Made by a program: the position numbers and the translations under genes. From an uncultured archaeon (GTDB lineage: Archaea; Asgardarchaeota; Heimdallarchaeia; Heimdallarchaeales; Heimdallarchaeaceae), in the NCBI GenBank assembly GCA_964514425.1, contig CAZEQQ010000001.1:1-27178 (forward strand): 27,178 nt of DNA, given 5' to 3'. This document shows, in pieces, positions 1 to 8,072 of this stretch. The notes beneath the pieces are model-generated. The model was not told the origin of the DNA and made no database searches. It was given only the letters and a program-made list of their open reading frames with translations. Positions within the stretch are counted from its first letter, which is position 1. Every line of letters starts with the position of its first letter.

Positions 1-108
1 GGAGCTTCATCAGAAACAGGAGCTTCATCAGAAACAGGAGCTTCATCAGAAACAGGAGCTTCATCAGAAACAGAAGTTTCATCAGAAACAGAAGTTTCAT
101 CAGAAGCG
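1..108. repeat. 18-bp coding tandem repeat encoding (S-D-E-A/T-P/S-V)n
   Basis: Four exact copies of GGAGCTTCATCAGAAACA (1-72) plus two variant copies starting GAAGTTTC (73-108); no spacers. Confidence 0.97.
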
Positions 109-212
109 TTCTGACCATCAATAATGGTTTGCTCGTTATCAGTCAAAGATGTTTTATCTTTGTTCTTGATTTCGATTTTATCATCTTCTTGTGAGGGATA
201 TTTATTAATCAA
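1..212 (-). CDS. Partial (3'-truncated) acidic, repeat-rich hypothetical protein; not in the ORF track
   Basis: Hand translation of the minus strand: TTG at 212-210, preceded by GGTG and an in-frame TGA. Reads (M)INKYPSQEDDKIEIKNKDKTSLTDNEQTIIDGQNASDETSVSDETSVSDEAPVSDEAP... and stays open to the window edge. Confidence 0.75.
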   Translation of the reverse strand, partial: MINKYPSQEDDKIEIKNKDKTSLTDNEQTIIDGQNASDETSVSDETSVSDEAPVSDEAPVSDEAPVSDEA

Positions 213-312
213 AGTGATAACACCAATTATTAACTGTCAGAGTCTAAGAATTATAGAGAGTGTTTATTTATAAAGTATAATGTTATGCAAGAGATATGTT
301 TCGAGTTTGATT

Positions 313-360
313 TAGAACAATAAAAATTGTTTCTTAGATAACTTAAAATAGAACAATAAA
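313..360. promoter_or_regulatory. Candidate operator: 12-bp direct repeat plus inverted repeat upstream of degV
   Basis: TAGAACAATAAA at 313-324 and 349-360; AACAAT-AAAA-ATTGTT inverted repeat at 316-331. Confidence 0.35.
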
Positions 361-373
361 TTTACAACTACAA

Positions 374-1267
374 GTGACTATTATGAAAAAATATTGTTTG
401 ATAACCGATTCTGGAGCTGATTTAAGCAAAGAATTGATTGAGAAATATAAAATAAGAGTAAATCCCTTTTTTGTTATTCTGCCTGATACTGAAGAAAGCC
501 TAAAAGAAGGTGTAGATATAACGAATAAAGAATATTATGAAAGAGTACTAACGGCGAACAATCACCCTAGCACAGCACATGCAAATCCCCATGATATTTT
601 AGAATTATACAAAGCCTTAGAAAGTGAAGGATTTGAAGAGATTTTCTATGTTACTATGGCATCCTCAGTAACAGGAACAAACAATACAGCTCATCTTGCA
701 AAAAGACACTACTTGAGACAAGGAGGAAAAGCAAACATAACAATTTATGATTCAGCTCAAGCATCTATGGCAATAGGCATACAAGCAATTAAAGCTGCAA
801 AACTTTTTGAGGAAGGATTATCCGCGGAAGAAGTTGTAGAAAAGTTAAATCATTTTAGAATGAATGAGTTAAAGTCTACACTTACGGTTGAAACACTGAA
901 ATATCTCATGAAAAGTGGAAGAGTTAGTAAATTTCGATATGCTGTTGGAACAGCTTTAAAACTCACACCATGCTTAGAAGGGACATATAGTGGAAAATTA
1001 GAAGCTTTCGGAGCTGCAAGGTCATATGAAGCAGCAATTAAAAAAATAATTGATAGAGCATATAGTGACATTAAAACAAAAGCAAATTTGGCTGTTTACT
1101 TAACAAGTGGGAAAGCTGAGGAAGGTCTAAAAATTGCTAAAGAATATCTGAAGGAGAAATACAACCAAATAAAAATTTTGGGAGATTTGGATATCGGAGC
1201 ATCTATATTCACACATACAGGACCGGGTATAGTAGCTATAATAATGTTTCACTATTTTGATCATTAG
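374..1267 (+). CDS. DegV/FakB (EDD-domain) fatty-acid-binding protein; the real start is probably ATG 383
   Basis: ITDSGADL N-terminus, PSTA, MASSVTGT, IYDSAQASMAIG, LKYLMKSGRV and HTGPG match the DegV family pattern. Confidence 0.92.
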   Translation: MTIMKKYCLITDSGADLSKELIEKYKIRVNPFFVILPDTEESLKEGVDITNKEYYERVLTANNHPSTAHANPHDILELYKALESEGFEEIFYVTMASSVTGTNNTAHLAKRHYLRQGGKANITIYDSAQASMAIGIQAIKAAKLFEEGLSAEEVVEKLNHFRMNELKSTLTVETLKYLMKSGRVSKFRYAVGTALKLTPCLEGTYSGKLEAFGAARSYEAAIKKIIDRAYSDIKTKANLAVYLTSGKAEEGLKIAKEYLKEKYNQIKILGDLDIGASIFTHTGPGIVAIIMFHYFDH

Positions 1268-1529
1268 GAAACTTTTTTTTCTTTTTTTGTAAAATTTATT
1301 AAAATTTAATATTATAAATATTTGTGACAAGTATCTATTTTTTGCTAACAACTCGACTAACTCAATTATTATGTTCCCTACCTTCTTATAACTGTACTTA
1401 TGGTATATGGCTCATTACAATAAAGATACGGAATATAAAAAGATAGGATTTTACAATAAGGTAGGAGGAGAATGTAAAAAAGAATATGCTAAAATAAGTA
1501 AAAAAGTTGGAAAAATTGAAGAAATAATA

Positions 1530-1922
1530 TTATTCTTTATTCTCGATGCAATTGAAAAGTTTGTTATGAATTTCAGCGAAATATTTATTGGCTTCATCAA
1601 ACAATTCGCTTCCAAATTCTGTTAAACTGTAATATTTTCGATCTAATCGTATACTGGATGCTTTAGATTCGACTCTTTCCACTATACCTTCTTTCTCCAA
1701 AAGATAGAGAACAGTATAATTAGTTACAGTGGCAGGACAAAAACCAAATCTTTCTTCAAATTCTTGTCTTAATTCATAAGCGTACTTTGGACCATCTTTC
1801 AATAATCTTATTACCCATAACCATAATGTGTCAATGGTAAGTTTTTTTTCTAAGCGTTGAAATGCTTTTGACTTTCTAGGTTCTAGAAGGTCATTTTCTA
1901 TATCTTCGGGATTCATTGGCAT
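1530..1922 (-). CDS. PadR-family winged-helix transcriptional regulator
   Basis: LWVIRLLKDGPKYAYEL...YTVLYLLEKEGIV...RKYYSLTEFG. Confidence 0.9.
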   Translation of the reverse strand: MPMNPEDIENDLLEPRKSKAFQRLEKKLTIDTLWLWVIRLLKDGPKYAYELRQEFEERFGFCPATVTNYTVLYLLEKEGIVERVESKASSIRLDRKYYSLTEFGSELFDEANKYFAEIHNKLFNCIENKE

Positions 1923-1942
1923 AATAAAAAAAATGAGGTTAT

Positions 1943-2494
1943 TTAAAAAACTTCAGTTATCCTAACTTCTTTTTCTAAGATACTTATTTCTTTAACTTTC
2001 AGTTCTGAGAGGAAATTTTGTTGTTGTGTATCTAGATCATTCTGACTACCCAAAATAAAACAAAGGGAAGAAGTTTTTTCAATTTCATTTAGAATGTAGT
2101 CGATTTTTTTACCCTCAGAGGTAAGGTAGTACAGCGTACAAGTTTCTTTTAACCTAAAAATGAGATCTTGAAAACCAATTGATTCTGATGTGCTTATGTT
2201 AGAATGTTTTTGATTTAACACATCTATAACTAATTGAAGTGCATCATATTCAGTATAAAGAGGAACGACGAGTTTTGATAACGAAAGAAAGTATGCACAT
2301 TGTTCGTCTTCGTGAGCCAAATAAAGGATTATGTTTACATCATAATTTGAACGCGAAGCAATATGACTTGTATTTAAGACACATCTAGCTAGAACATCAA
2401 CACGTTGGTAACCACTTGTTAAACTTTTAATATTTGTGTTCTGCTTGGATCTAACAGTAAAGGAAGGGATAAGGAAAGTTAGAGATGTTATCAA
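1943..2494 (-). CDS. trmY: tRNA pseudouridine(54)-N1-methyltransferase-like SPOUT protein, divergent with a short C-terminus
   Basis: RVDVLARCV, LYYLTSEG and FILGSQNDL resemble the TrmY motifs; TTG start. Confidence 0.7.
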   Translation of the reverse strand: MITSLTFLIPSFTVRSKQNTNIKSLTSGYQRVDVLARCVLNTSHIASRSNYDVNIILYLAHEDEQCAYFLSLSKLVVPLYTEYDALQLVIDVLNQKHSNISTSESIGFQDLIFRLKETCTLYYLTSEGKKIDYILNEIEKTSSLCFILGSQNDLDTQQQNFLSELKVKEISILEKEVRITEVF

Positions 2495-2647
2495 TTTACG
2501 TCATAAGTCCAGAATAAAGTAAGCTAAAAAGGTTATTGCTAAAACACATTATCAATTGCGGTTTAAGCTAAAAGGTTTAAGTGTAAACCTAGAATGTAAA
2601 GGAATTATTCTTACATATAGTTCAGTTATACTTTGATTTTAACCGTT

Positions 2648-2675
2648 TTAGGGAGTGAATTTTAAAACTCCTTAA
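2648..2675 (+). promoter_or_regulatory. 9-bp RNA hairpin 5' of the microprotein cassette
   Basis: TTAGGGAGT (2648-2656) pairs with ACTCCTTAA (2667-2675), including one G-U pair that works only on the + strand. Confidence 0.5.
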
Positions 2676-2690
2676 TAAAGGTGAGTCTCT

Positions 2691-2705
2691 ATGTATAGTA
2701 GGTGA
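2691..2705 (+). CDS. 4-codon leader ORF (MYSR*)
   Basis: SD GGTGAG at 2680-2685, ATG at 2691; its TGA (2703-2705) lies inside the AGGTGA SD of the next ORF. Confidence 0.4.
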   Translation: MYSR

Positions 2706-2711
2706 AAAAAA

Positions 2712-2828
2712 ATGGCAGAAAAAAATAAACAAAATCAAACAAATTGGAAAGAAAAAGAAAATGGAAAAGAATTCAGCAAAATAGAAATGCTAACCAAATT
2801 AGCAAAATATCAACTCATAGGAAATTAA
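2712..2828 (+). CDS. 38-aa microprotein A (MAEKNKQNQTNWKEKENGKEFSKIEMLTKLAKYQLIGN)
   Basis: AGGTGA SD followed by ATG; paralogous to the adjacent microprotein B; below the ORF-track size cutoff. Confidence 0.75.
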   Translation: MAEKNKQNQTNWKEKENGKEFSKIEMLTKLAKYQLIGN

Positions 2829-2846
2829 ACAAAAAAGGTGAAAAAA

Positions 2847-2966
2847 ATGGCAGAAAAAGTAAAAAGAAATGAATACAAAGAAAAAGAATTACGAGAATTG
2901 ACAAAAAAACTCTCACAAGTAGAAAGACTTACTCTTGAATCATTCTACAAATTGATTGGTGCATAA
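2847..2966 (+). CDS. 39-aa microprotein B (MAEKVKRNEYKEKELRELTKKLSQVERLTLESFYKLIGA)
   Basis: AGGTGA SD followed by ATG; shares MAEK.K.N..KEKE...S..E.LT....Y.LIG with microprotein A. Confidence 0.75.
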   Translation: MAEKVKRNEYKEKELRELTKKLSQVERLTLESFYKLIGA

Positions 2967-3050
2967 AATTATTATAATTCTATGTGCCTACTTTATTTAT
3001 TCTATTGCACTAAAATCACATACAATACCAATTATCATGAAATCATAAGG

Positions 3051-3086
3051 AAGGAGTTTCTAGTAAGACGTTCTTAGTCGCTCCTT
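3051..3086 (+). promoter_or_regulatory. Two-tier hairpin 3' of the microprotein cassette
   Basis: Outer stem AAGGAGT/GCTCCTT with one G-U pair; inner stem TAAGA-CGT-TCTTA. Confidence 0.4.
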
Positions 3087-3139
3087 AGTTCACTACAAAT
3101 ATACGAAACTATTTATTTAAGTTGTTTAAATAGCAGTTA

Positions 3140-3616
3140 ATGAGACCATCTATACATGAGTATTATTTAAAAATGACAGAACTTGTTGCTAGTAGGGCAA
3201 CATCACCACATAGAAAAGTTGGTGCGGTAATAGTACACGACAAACGTGTTTTAGCTACAGGGTACAATGGTGCCCCAAAAGGTTTCCCTCATGAAACGGA
3301 TGTAGGTTGTTGTCGCGAGGAATTGAAGAAGAAAGGAGAGATAAAGTCAGGGGAACGATATGAGTTGTGCACTGAGGTTCATGCAGAAATGAATGCAATT
3401 ATTCAATGTGCGCTATATGGTGTTTCTTGCCGAGATGCTACACTATATTGTTCAACTGTTCCTTGTACTATGTGTGCTAGAGTTTTAGTAAATGCTCAGA
3501 TTAGAGATATTTTTGTAATGAACGATGACATGGGTTTTGATGGGAAAGATTTTTTGAAAAAAGGGGGTATTCCCGTTTATATGATTATTGAGGGAGAAGT
3601 AAAAAGAATAATTTGA
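3140..3616 (+). CDS. dCMP deaminase (ComEB-like)
   Basis: VGAVIV, ATGYNG, HAEMNA and PCTMC zinc-deaminase motifs. Confidence 0.93.
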   Translation: MRPSIHEYYLKMTELVASRATSPHRKVGAVIVHDKRVLATGYNGAPKGFPHETDVGCCREELKKKGEIKSGERYELCTEVHAEMNAIIQCALYGVSCRDATLYCSTVPCTMCARVLVNAQIRDIFVMNDDMGFDGKDFLKKGGIPVYMIIEGEVKRII

Positions 3617-3708
3617 TTCTTCACTAATTTATTACTAATTTTTTTATTTCCACTTTTTAAAAGGTTCCAGAAGTGAATGATCAACTTCCACTCCCAATAA
3701 AATAAAGT

Positions 3709-3725
3709 GGCGTATTATTTACGCC
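3709..3725 (-). terminator. Hairpin directly after the eS26 stop, followed by a U-rich tract
   Basis: On the minus strand: GGCGTA-AATAA-TACGCC then ACTTTATTTTATT. Confidence 0.5.
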
Positions 3726-4000
3726 TATTTATCTTTTCTTTCTTTATCTTGGCGAATATGAATTCGTCCTCTATGTATTGCACAAGAAACACAGTAATAA
3801 ACAGTTTTAGATTGTCGAGGGAGGTACCCACCTTCAGCTTTTATTTCAGCTGCCAATCTATAGTCTACAGCACTTGAATATGTTGTAAATTTCTTTGCTT
3901 TGTCTCTTGTTGTCAGTTTAGAACAGGAAGCACATTGTACTTGGGAAGCTACTCCTTTACTTCCTTTTGTACGACCTCCAGATTTTCGTTTTTTAGGCAT
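3725..4000 (-). CDS. rps26e: 30S ribosomal protein eS26
   Basis: MPKKRKSGGR, CxxC...RDKA, YCVSCAIH zinc motif; SD AGGTGA. Confidence 0.96.
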   Translation of the reverse strand: MPKKRKSGGRTKGSKGVASQVQCASCSKLTTRDKAKKFTTYSSAVDYRLAAEIKAEGGYLPRQSKTVYYCVSCAIHRGRIHIRQDKERKDK

Positions 4001-4177
4001 TAAAAATCACCTTTTTTCCATATCATAAGTCATTTTTTATATGTAAATTTATAAGTCTTTTTTTAGGAGTTTGATTATAGAATTGAAGTTCTTATAATGA
4101 TCAAAAGAAGTTATGAATAGTTGTCCACACTATTTTATTCAAAGTTCTAAAAAAGTAGTTTCTTTTGACTTTTGTGC

Positions 4178-4210
4178 AGAAAGGAAAGGAAAGAAAAGAA
4201 AAGAAGAAAG
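4178..4210 (-). terminator. Poly-pyrimidine (U-rich) archaeal terminator after rps19
   Basis: 33-nt pure purine run on the + strand, just downstream of the minus-strand stop at 4223. Confidence 0.55.
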
Positions 4211-4222
4211 CTTGAATAAGCT

Positions 4223-4636
4223 TTATTTGAGAGGAACATAAAGAGAAGACTTTGTCGCACCAATACCTGGTGATCCGTGTCGTACTACTTTAATGCTTGG
4301 CGCAAATTCAGCGAATGTGTATCCTAACATTTCAGGACGTACTTGAAACTCTAAAAATTCTTTCCCATTATATACTGCAACGTGAGCACCTAATATTTCA
4401 GGGATTACAGGAAAAGATCTTTCATGAGTTTTTACAATAATTTTATCTCCTTTTCTTGCTGATTCTGCTGATTCTCTTAATTTTTCTAATAATAATTTTC
4501 TTCTATGTGTCCAAAATTGAGCTCTCATTAAGTTTCTTCTTCTCCTTGAAGGTAGTAATTTAGCTACATCATCAAGTGAAAGTTCTGATAACTCTTCAAG
4601 GCTCTTTCCTCTATAACGAAATCTTCTCAAAGACAA
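4223..4636 (-). CDS. rps19p: 30S ribosomal protein uS19 (archaeal S19 / eukaryotic S15 type)
   Basis: FRYRGKSLEEL, LPSRRRR, KTHER, YNGKEF, PEMLG, GIGATKSS; TTG start. Confidence 0.97.
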   Translation of the reverse strand: MSLRRFRYRGKSLEELSELSLDDVAKLLPSRRRRNLMRAQFWTHRRKLLLEKLRESAESARKGDKIIVKTHERSFPVIPEILGAHVAVYNGKEFLEFQVRPEMLGYTFAEFAPSIKVVRHGSPGIGATKSSLYVPLK

Positions 4637-4724
4637 ATTCTATCAACCAATCCAACCAATATTATGTTTATTTTAAATGTTTTGTTGCTTGTGAGAGCGA
4701 TTGAAGTTGATTTATTGTCAAGAA

Positions 4725-5606
4725 TTACATAATAAAACAGTATCCTGTGATAATAACAATGGATGATAAAATGACAGGAAATGTTAAGCCAGGAAATTTA
4801 CCATACTTTCTTACTCCTAACTCTGAAGCTTTTACACCGATGATTAAGGCGAATAACACTATAATCCCAACCAAAAAGCCAAGATATTTTGTTGAAAAAG
4901 TTATAACTGCGCCGTATAATACAAGATCACCAATTCCAATATCAATAAAATAGGTTTGACCTCTTTCTATTATTGCAGGAGGTAGCCAATCTGATTCGTC
5001 CATCATTTTTTTTATAGGACCTTTGAAAACAGAATAGAAGTCAAACACAGCTAGAAAGTTTGCAAAGACTAAGAAAGCCCAAAAAGAGAGAGTGATTCCG
5101 AATATTGTACCATATAATACACTCAAAGCAAATATTGTGGCATTTCTTTCTAGCAAACCTCCCTTTTTTTTTATTAAATAGATTAAGGAACTACCCGCTA
5201 GTAGAATACCAGTGAAAAAGAGTACTATTTCAACCCATATAAAGTCAATGAAAAAAGTAACGCGTATTATGTATCCGTGCACCCAACTTACACTAAGAAT
5301 GGAAACTATCAAACATATTGAAAATATATAGAAAATATATTTTTTCAAATTCCTTTTCATTGTAAACATGATAAAAAGCGCACCAAAAATCGATACTAAA
5401 AGAAGAAGGAACCCATTAGCAATTTGATATATCATCATGTCAGAATTGGGTGAGTTAAAGAAAAGAGTAAATTCTCCAGTAAAACTTTTGAACACCAAAC
5501 CATAGACAAATCCAATCAAACAGAATGGAAGTGCTATAATCCAAGGATTAAAAGTACTTCTCCAAGTTAAATGGGGGAGAAATGATATATCATTGTTCAT
5601 ATTCAC
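4725..5606 (-). CDS. Presenilin/SPP-like GxGD intramembrane aspartyl protease (family A22)
   Basis: About 9 hydrophobic segments; VFDFYSV (YD-site equivalent), IGIGDL (GxGD) and PGL (PAL equivalent). Confidence 0.88.
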   Translation of the reverse strand: MNMNNDISFLPHLTWRSTFNPWIIALPFCLIGFVYGLVFKSFTGEFTLFFNSPNSDMMIYQIANGFLLLLVSIFGALFIMFTMKRNLKKYIFYIFSICLIVSILSVSWVHGYIIRVTFFIDFIWVEIVLFFTGILLAGSSLIYLIKKKGGLLERNATIFALSVLYGTIFGITLSFWAFLVFANFLAVFDFYSVFKGPIKKMMDESDWLPPAIIERGQTYFIDIGIGDLVLYGAVITFSTKYLGFLVGIIVLFALIIGVKASELGVRKYGKFPGLTFPVILSSIVIITGYCFIM

Positions 5607-5676
5607 AATAAAAAATAAAAAAAGGGTATTTGAGCATTTTCTTTCTGTTTATGTAAAAAAAGAAATTTTAGTTAAA

Positions 5677-6672
5677 TCAGTTTTTGAAGTGCTCATATGA
5701 TGATGAAGGAATTTTCCTTTCTTGAAAAAGTGGGTCAATAATAGAGATTTTTTCTTTTTCTTCATTGAAAGTTCCGATAGGATATAGGGGTAGACCGTAT
5801 TGTTTTGCTTTTTTTTCTACTATTTGTCCATTCTCAGGTGACGTTACTAACAGTAACTCAAACTCTTCTCCTCCACAAAAAGTTAATTCTAGGGGATCAA
5901 GTTGCTCTTCATTTGCGATAGAAAGAATTAATGGATCTATGGGGACAGTTGAGATATTTACGCCCACACCATTTAGGCCCATTAAATCATTTAAACTAGT
6001 TTGTAATCCATCTGATGAATCAATACATGCTTTTATCGGAGTAGAATTCATCAGTTCTAAGTATTCAATTCGGGCTTTGGGTTCATATACTGAATCGAGT
6101 ATACTTTTAGTTAAACAACTTGTTATCTCTGTTTTTTTTAGAAACTTTTTGAAGCAAAGAGTGGTATATCCGAAATACCCTGTAGTATATAATAAGTCAC
6201 CATTTTCTATGCTTTTTCTTTTTATTATTTTTTCTTGAGAGGTTATACCAAAAGTTGTTATATCAATAATAGTGTCTATGCTTGAATTCAAATCTCCTCC
6301 TAAATAAAGAGAGTTATAGAGAGTAGATTGTTCCTTGATTCCTTCTATAATTTCTTTTGCTTCAATAATTTCCATGTGAGAGGGAAAAGCAACACTAGCT
6401 AAACACCCAAGAGGATAAACTCCTTTTGCTATTATGTCGCTAACAGATATTGTAACCGCTTTTTTCCCTATCTGTTTAGGAGAGGTACCGGATAAGATAT
6501 CTGTAGTTTTAACTAACATGTCTACATTTATTACTAAAACATCACCAGAAGGAAGGAGATAAGCTGATGCATCATCACCAAAGCCTAAGATGGTATCGTC
6601 TATTAAGTGAGAGATACTCTTTAGAAAACCTCTCTCACCTATATCTGCCATAGTAATTTTTCTATCCTTCAT
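5677..6672 (-). CDS. thiL: Thiamine-monophosphate kinase
   Basis: IGERGF, GFGDDAS, SVSDIIAKG, GGDLN, DSSDGL, GGEEFELL. Confidence 0.93.
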   Translation of the reverse strand: MKDRKITMADIGERGFLKSISHLIDDTILGFGDDASAYLLPSGDVLVINVDMLVKTTDILSGTSPKQIGKKAVTISVSDIIAKGVYPLGCLASVAFPSHMEIIEAKEIIEGIKEQSTLYNSLYLGGDLNSSIDTIIDITTFGITSQEKIIKRKSIENGDLLYTTGYFGYTTLCFKKFLKKTEITSCLTKSILDSVYEPKARIEYLELMNSTPIKACIDSSDGLQTSLNDLMGLNGVGVNISTVPIDPLILSIANEEQLDPLELTFCGGEEFELLLVTSPENGQIVEKKAKQYGLPLYPIGTFNEEKEKISIIDPLFQERKIPSSSYEHFKN

Positions 6673-6731
6673 TATTTTATTATTTTTGTTTTGTTTAATG
6701 AATTTTTGGTAAAAAACAAAAGAGAGAAGAG

Positions 6732-7985
6732 TTAGCGAATATTTCTGTAAATAGCTTTTTCACCTAATTCTTCTTCAATCCTCAATAATTGGTTGTATTT
6801 TGCAGTTCTTTCTCCTCTTGCAGGTGCACCAGTCTTGATTTTTTCTGCAGATAGAGCAACTGCTAAATCGGAGATAAAGGCATCCTCTGTTTCACCAGAT
6901 CTATGGGATATAACAATTCCCCAGTTATCTGTTCTTGCCAAATCCACAGCATTAATTGATTCGGTAATAGTTCCTATCTGATTAACTTTAGTTAAAAGAT
7001 AATTTGCAGATTGTTTCTCTATTGCCATTTTTATTCTTATGGGGTTTGTAACAGTTAAATCGTCAGCTACAATTGCCAGAGTAGGATTTTTTTTCTTTAA
7101 AATTGCAAAAGCTTCAAAATCACTTTCGTCAAATGGGTCTTCTATTGAAGTAATGGGAAAACTTTTTGCTAATTCAACATAATAATCGGATAACTCGTCT
7201 GCATTGAAATTCTTGCCATCTAGATTGTAAGTTCCATTTTCATAAAACTCTGATGCTGCACAATCTAATCCCAGAGTTACTTCTTTATCTGGTTGATAAC
7301 CTGCTTGTTCTATAGCTTTTACCAATATCTCTAGTGCTTGAGGTGCAGTATCTAAAGAAGGAGCGAAACCACCTTCGTCACCAACATTTATAGCTGAAGG
7401 ACTAATTTTTTTCAGTTCTCCTTTCAAAACTTGATAAATCTCACAAGATGATTGAAGAGCTTCTCGAAATGTTGAGAAACCATGTGGTATTAGCATAAAT
7501 TCTTGAATTTTCAGATTGCCTCCAGCATGTTTTCCTCCATTTATTACGTTTAGCATTGGAACGGGAAGATATTGTGCTTCAGGATTCAAATATTTGTAAA
7601 CAGGTTGATTTAAAGATTGAGCACCAGCTTTACATACTGCAAGTGATACTGCTAACATCGCATTTGCGCCAAGTTTACTTTTATTTTCTGTACCGTCTAA
7701 TTCAAGCATTAGATTATCAATAGAACTTAATTCAGTAACATCTAAACCCATAATTTTGGGAGTTATTAGTTCTTTTACGTTTGTTAAAGCTTTTTTTACT
7801 CCTTTGCCAAGATAACTTTTTTCTTTATCTCTTAACTCAAGAGCTTCAAATTTCCCTGTTGAAGCACCAGAAGGGACCATACCTCGTCCAAATGCGCCTG
7901 TATCCGTTATTACATCAACTTCAACAGTAGGATTGCCTCTTGAATCAATAATTTCTCTAGCAACAACTTTATTTATTTTAGACAT
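6732..7985 (-). CDS. eno: Enolase
   Basis: DSRGNPTVE, PSGASTG, GDEGGF, SHRSGET, KTGAPARGER. Confidence 0.99.
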   Translation of the reverse strand: MSKINKVVAREIIDSRGNPTVEVDVITDTGAFGRGMVPSGASTGKFEALELRDKEKSYLGKGVKKALTNVKELITPKIMGLDVTELSSIDNLMLELDGTENKSKLGANAMLAVSLAVCKAGAQSLNQPVYKYLNPEAQYLPVPMLNVINGGKHAGGNLKIQEFMLIPHGFSTFREALQSSCEIYQVLKGELKKISPSAINVGDEGGFAPSLDTAPQALEILVKAIEQAGYQPDKEVTLGLDCAASEFYENGTYNLDGKNFNADELSDYYVELAKSFPITSIEDPFDESDFEAFAILKKKNPTLAIVADDLTVTNPIRIKMAIEKQSANYLLTKVNQIGTITESINAVDLARTDNWGIVISHRSGETEDAFISDLAVALSAEKIKTGAPARGERTAKYNQLLRIEEELGEKAIYRNIR

Positions 7986-8072
7986 CTAAAACAACTCAAT
8001 AATCACGACTCTTCTTTTAAAATTTATTAAAGAAACTAAAGTAGTAATTTCATAATTCGAAACAGAAATTAC

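Noticed and set aside
1-108. 18-bp repeats as a CRISPR array
   Set aside because: The units are contiguous with no spacers, their length is a multiple of 3 inside an open frame, and no cas genes are present.
1407-1625. 72-aa + strand ORF
   Set aside because: It overlaps PadR antisense, has no SD and no recognisable motif.
2495-3139. tRNA, C/D-box RNA or insertion-sequence remnant in the large intergenic gap
   Set aside because: No cloverleaf/T-loop, no box C/D pair, no transposase and no target-site duplication were found; the microprotein ORFs explain the region better.
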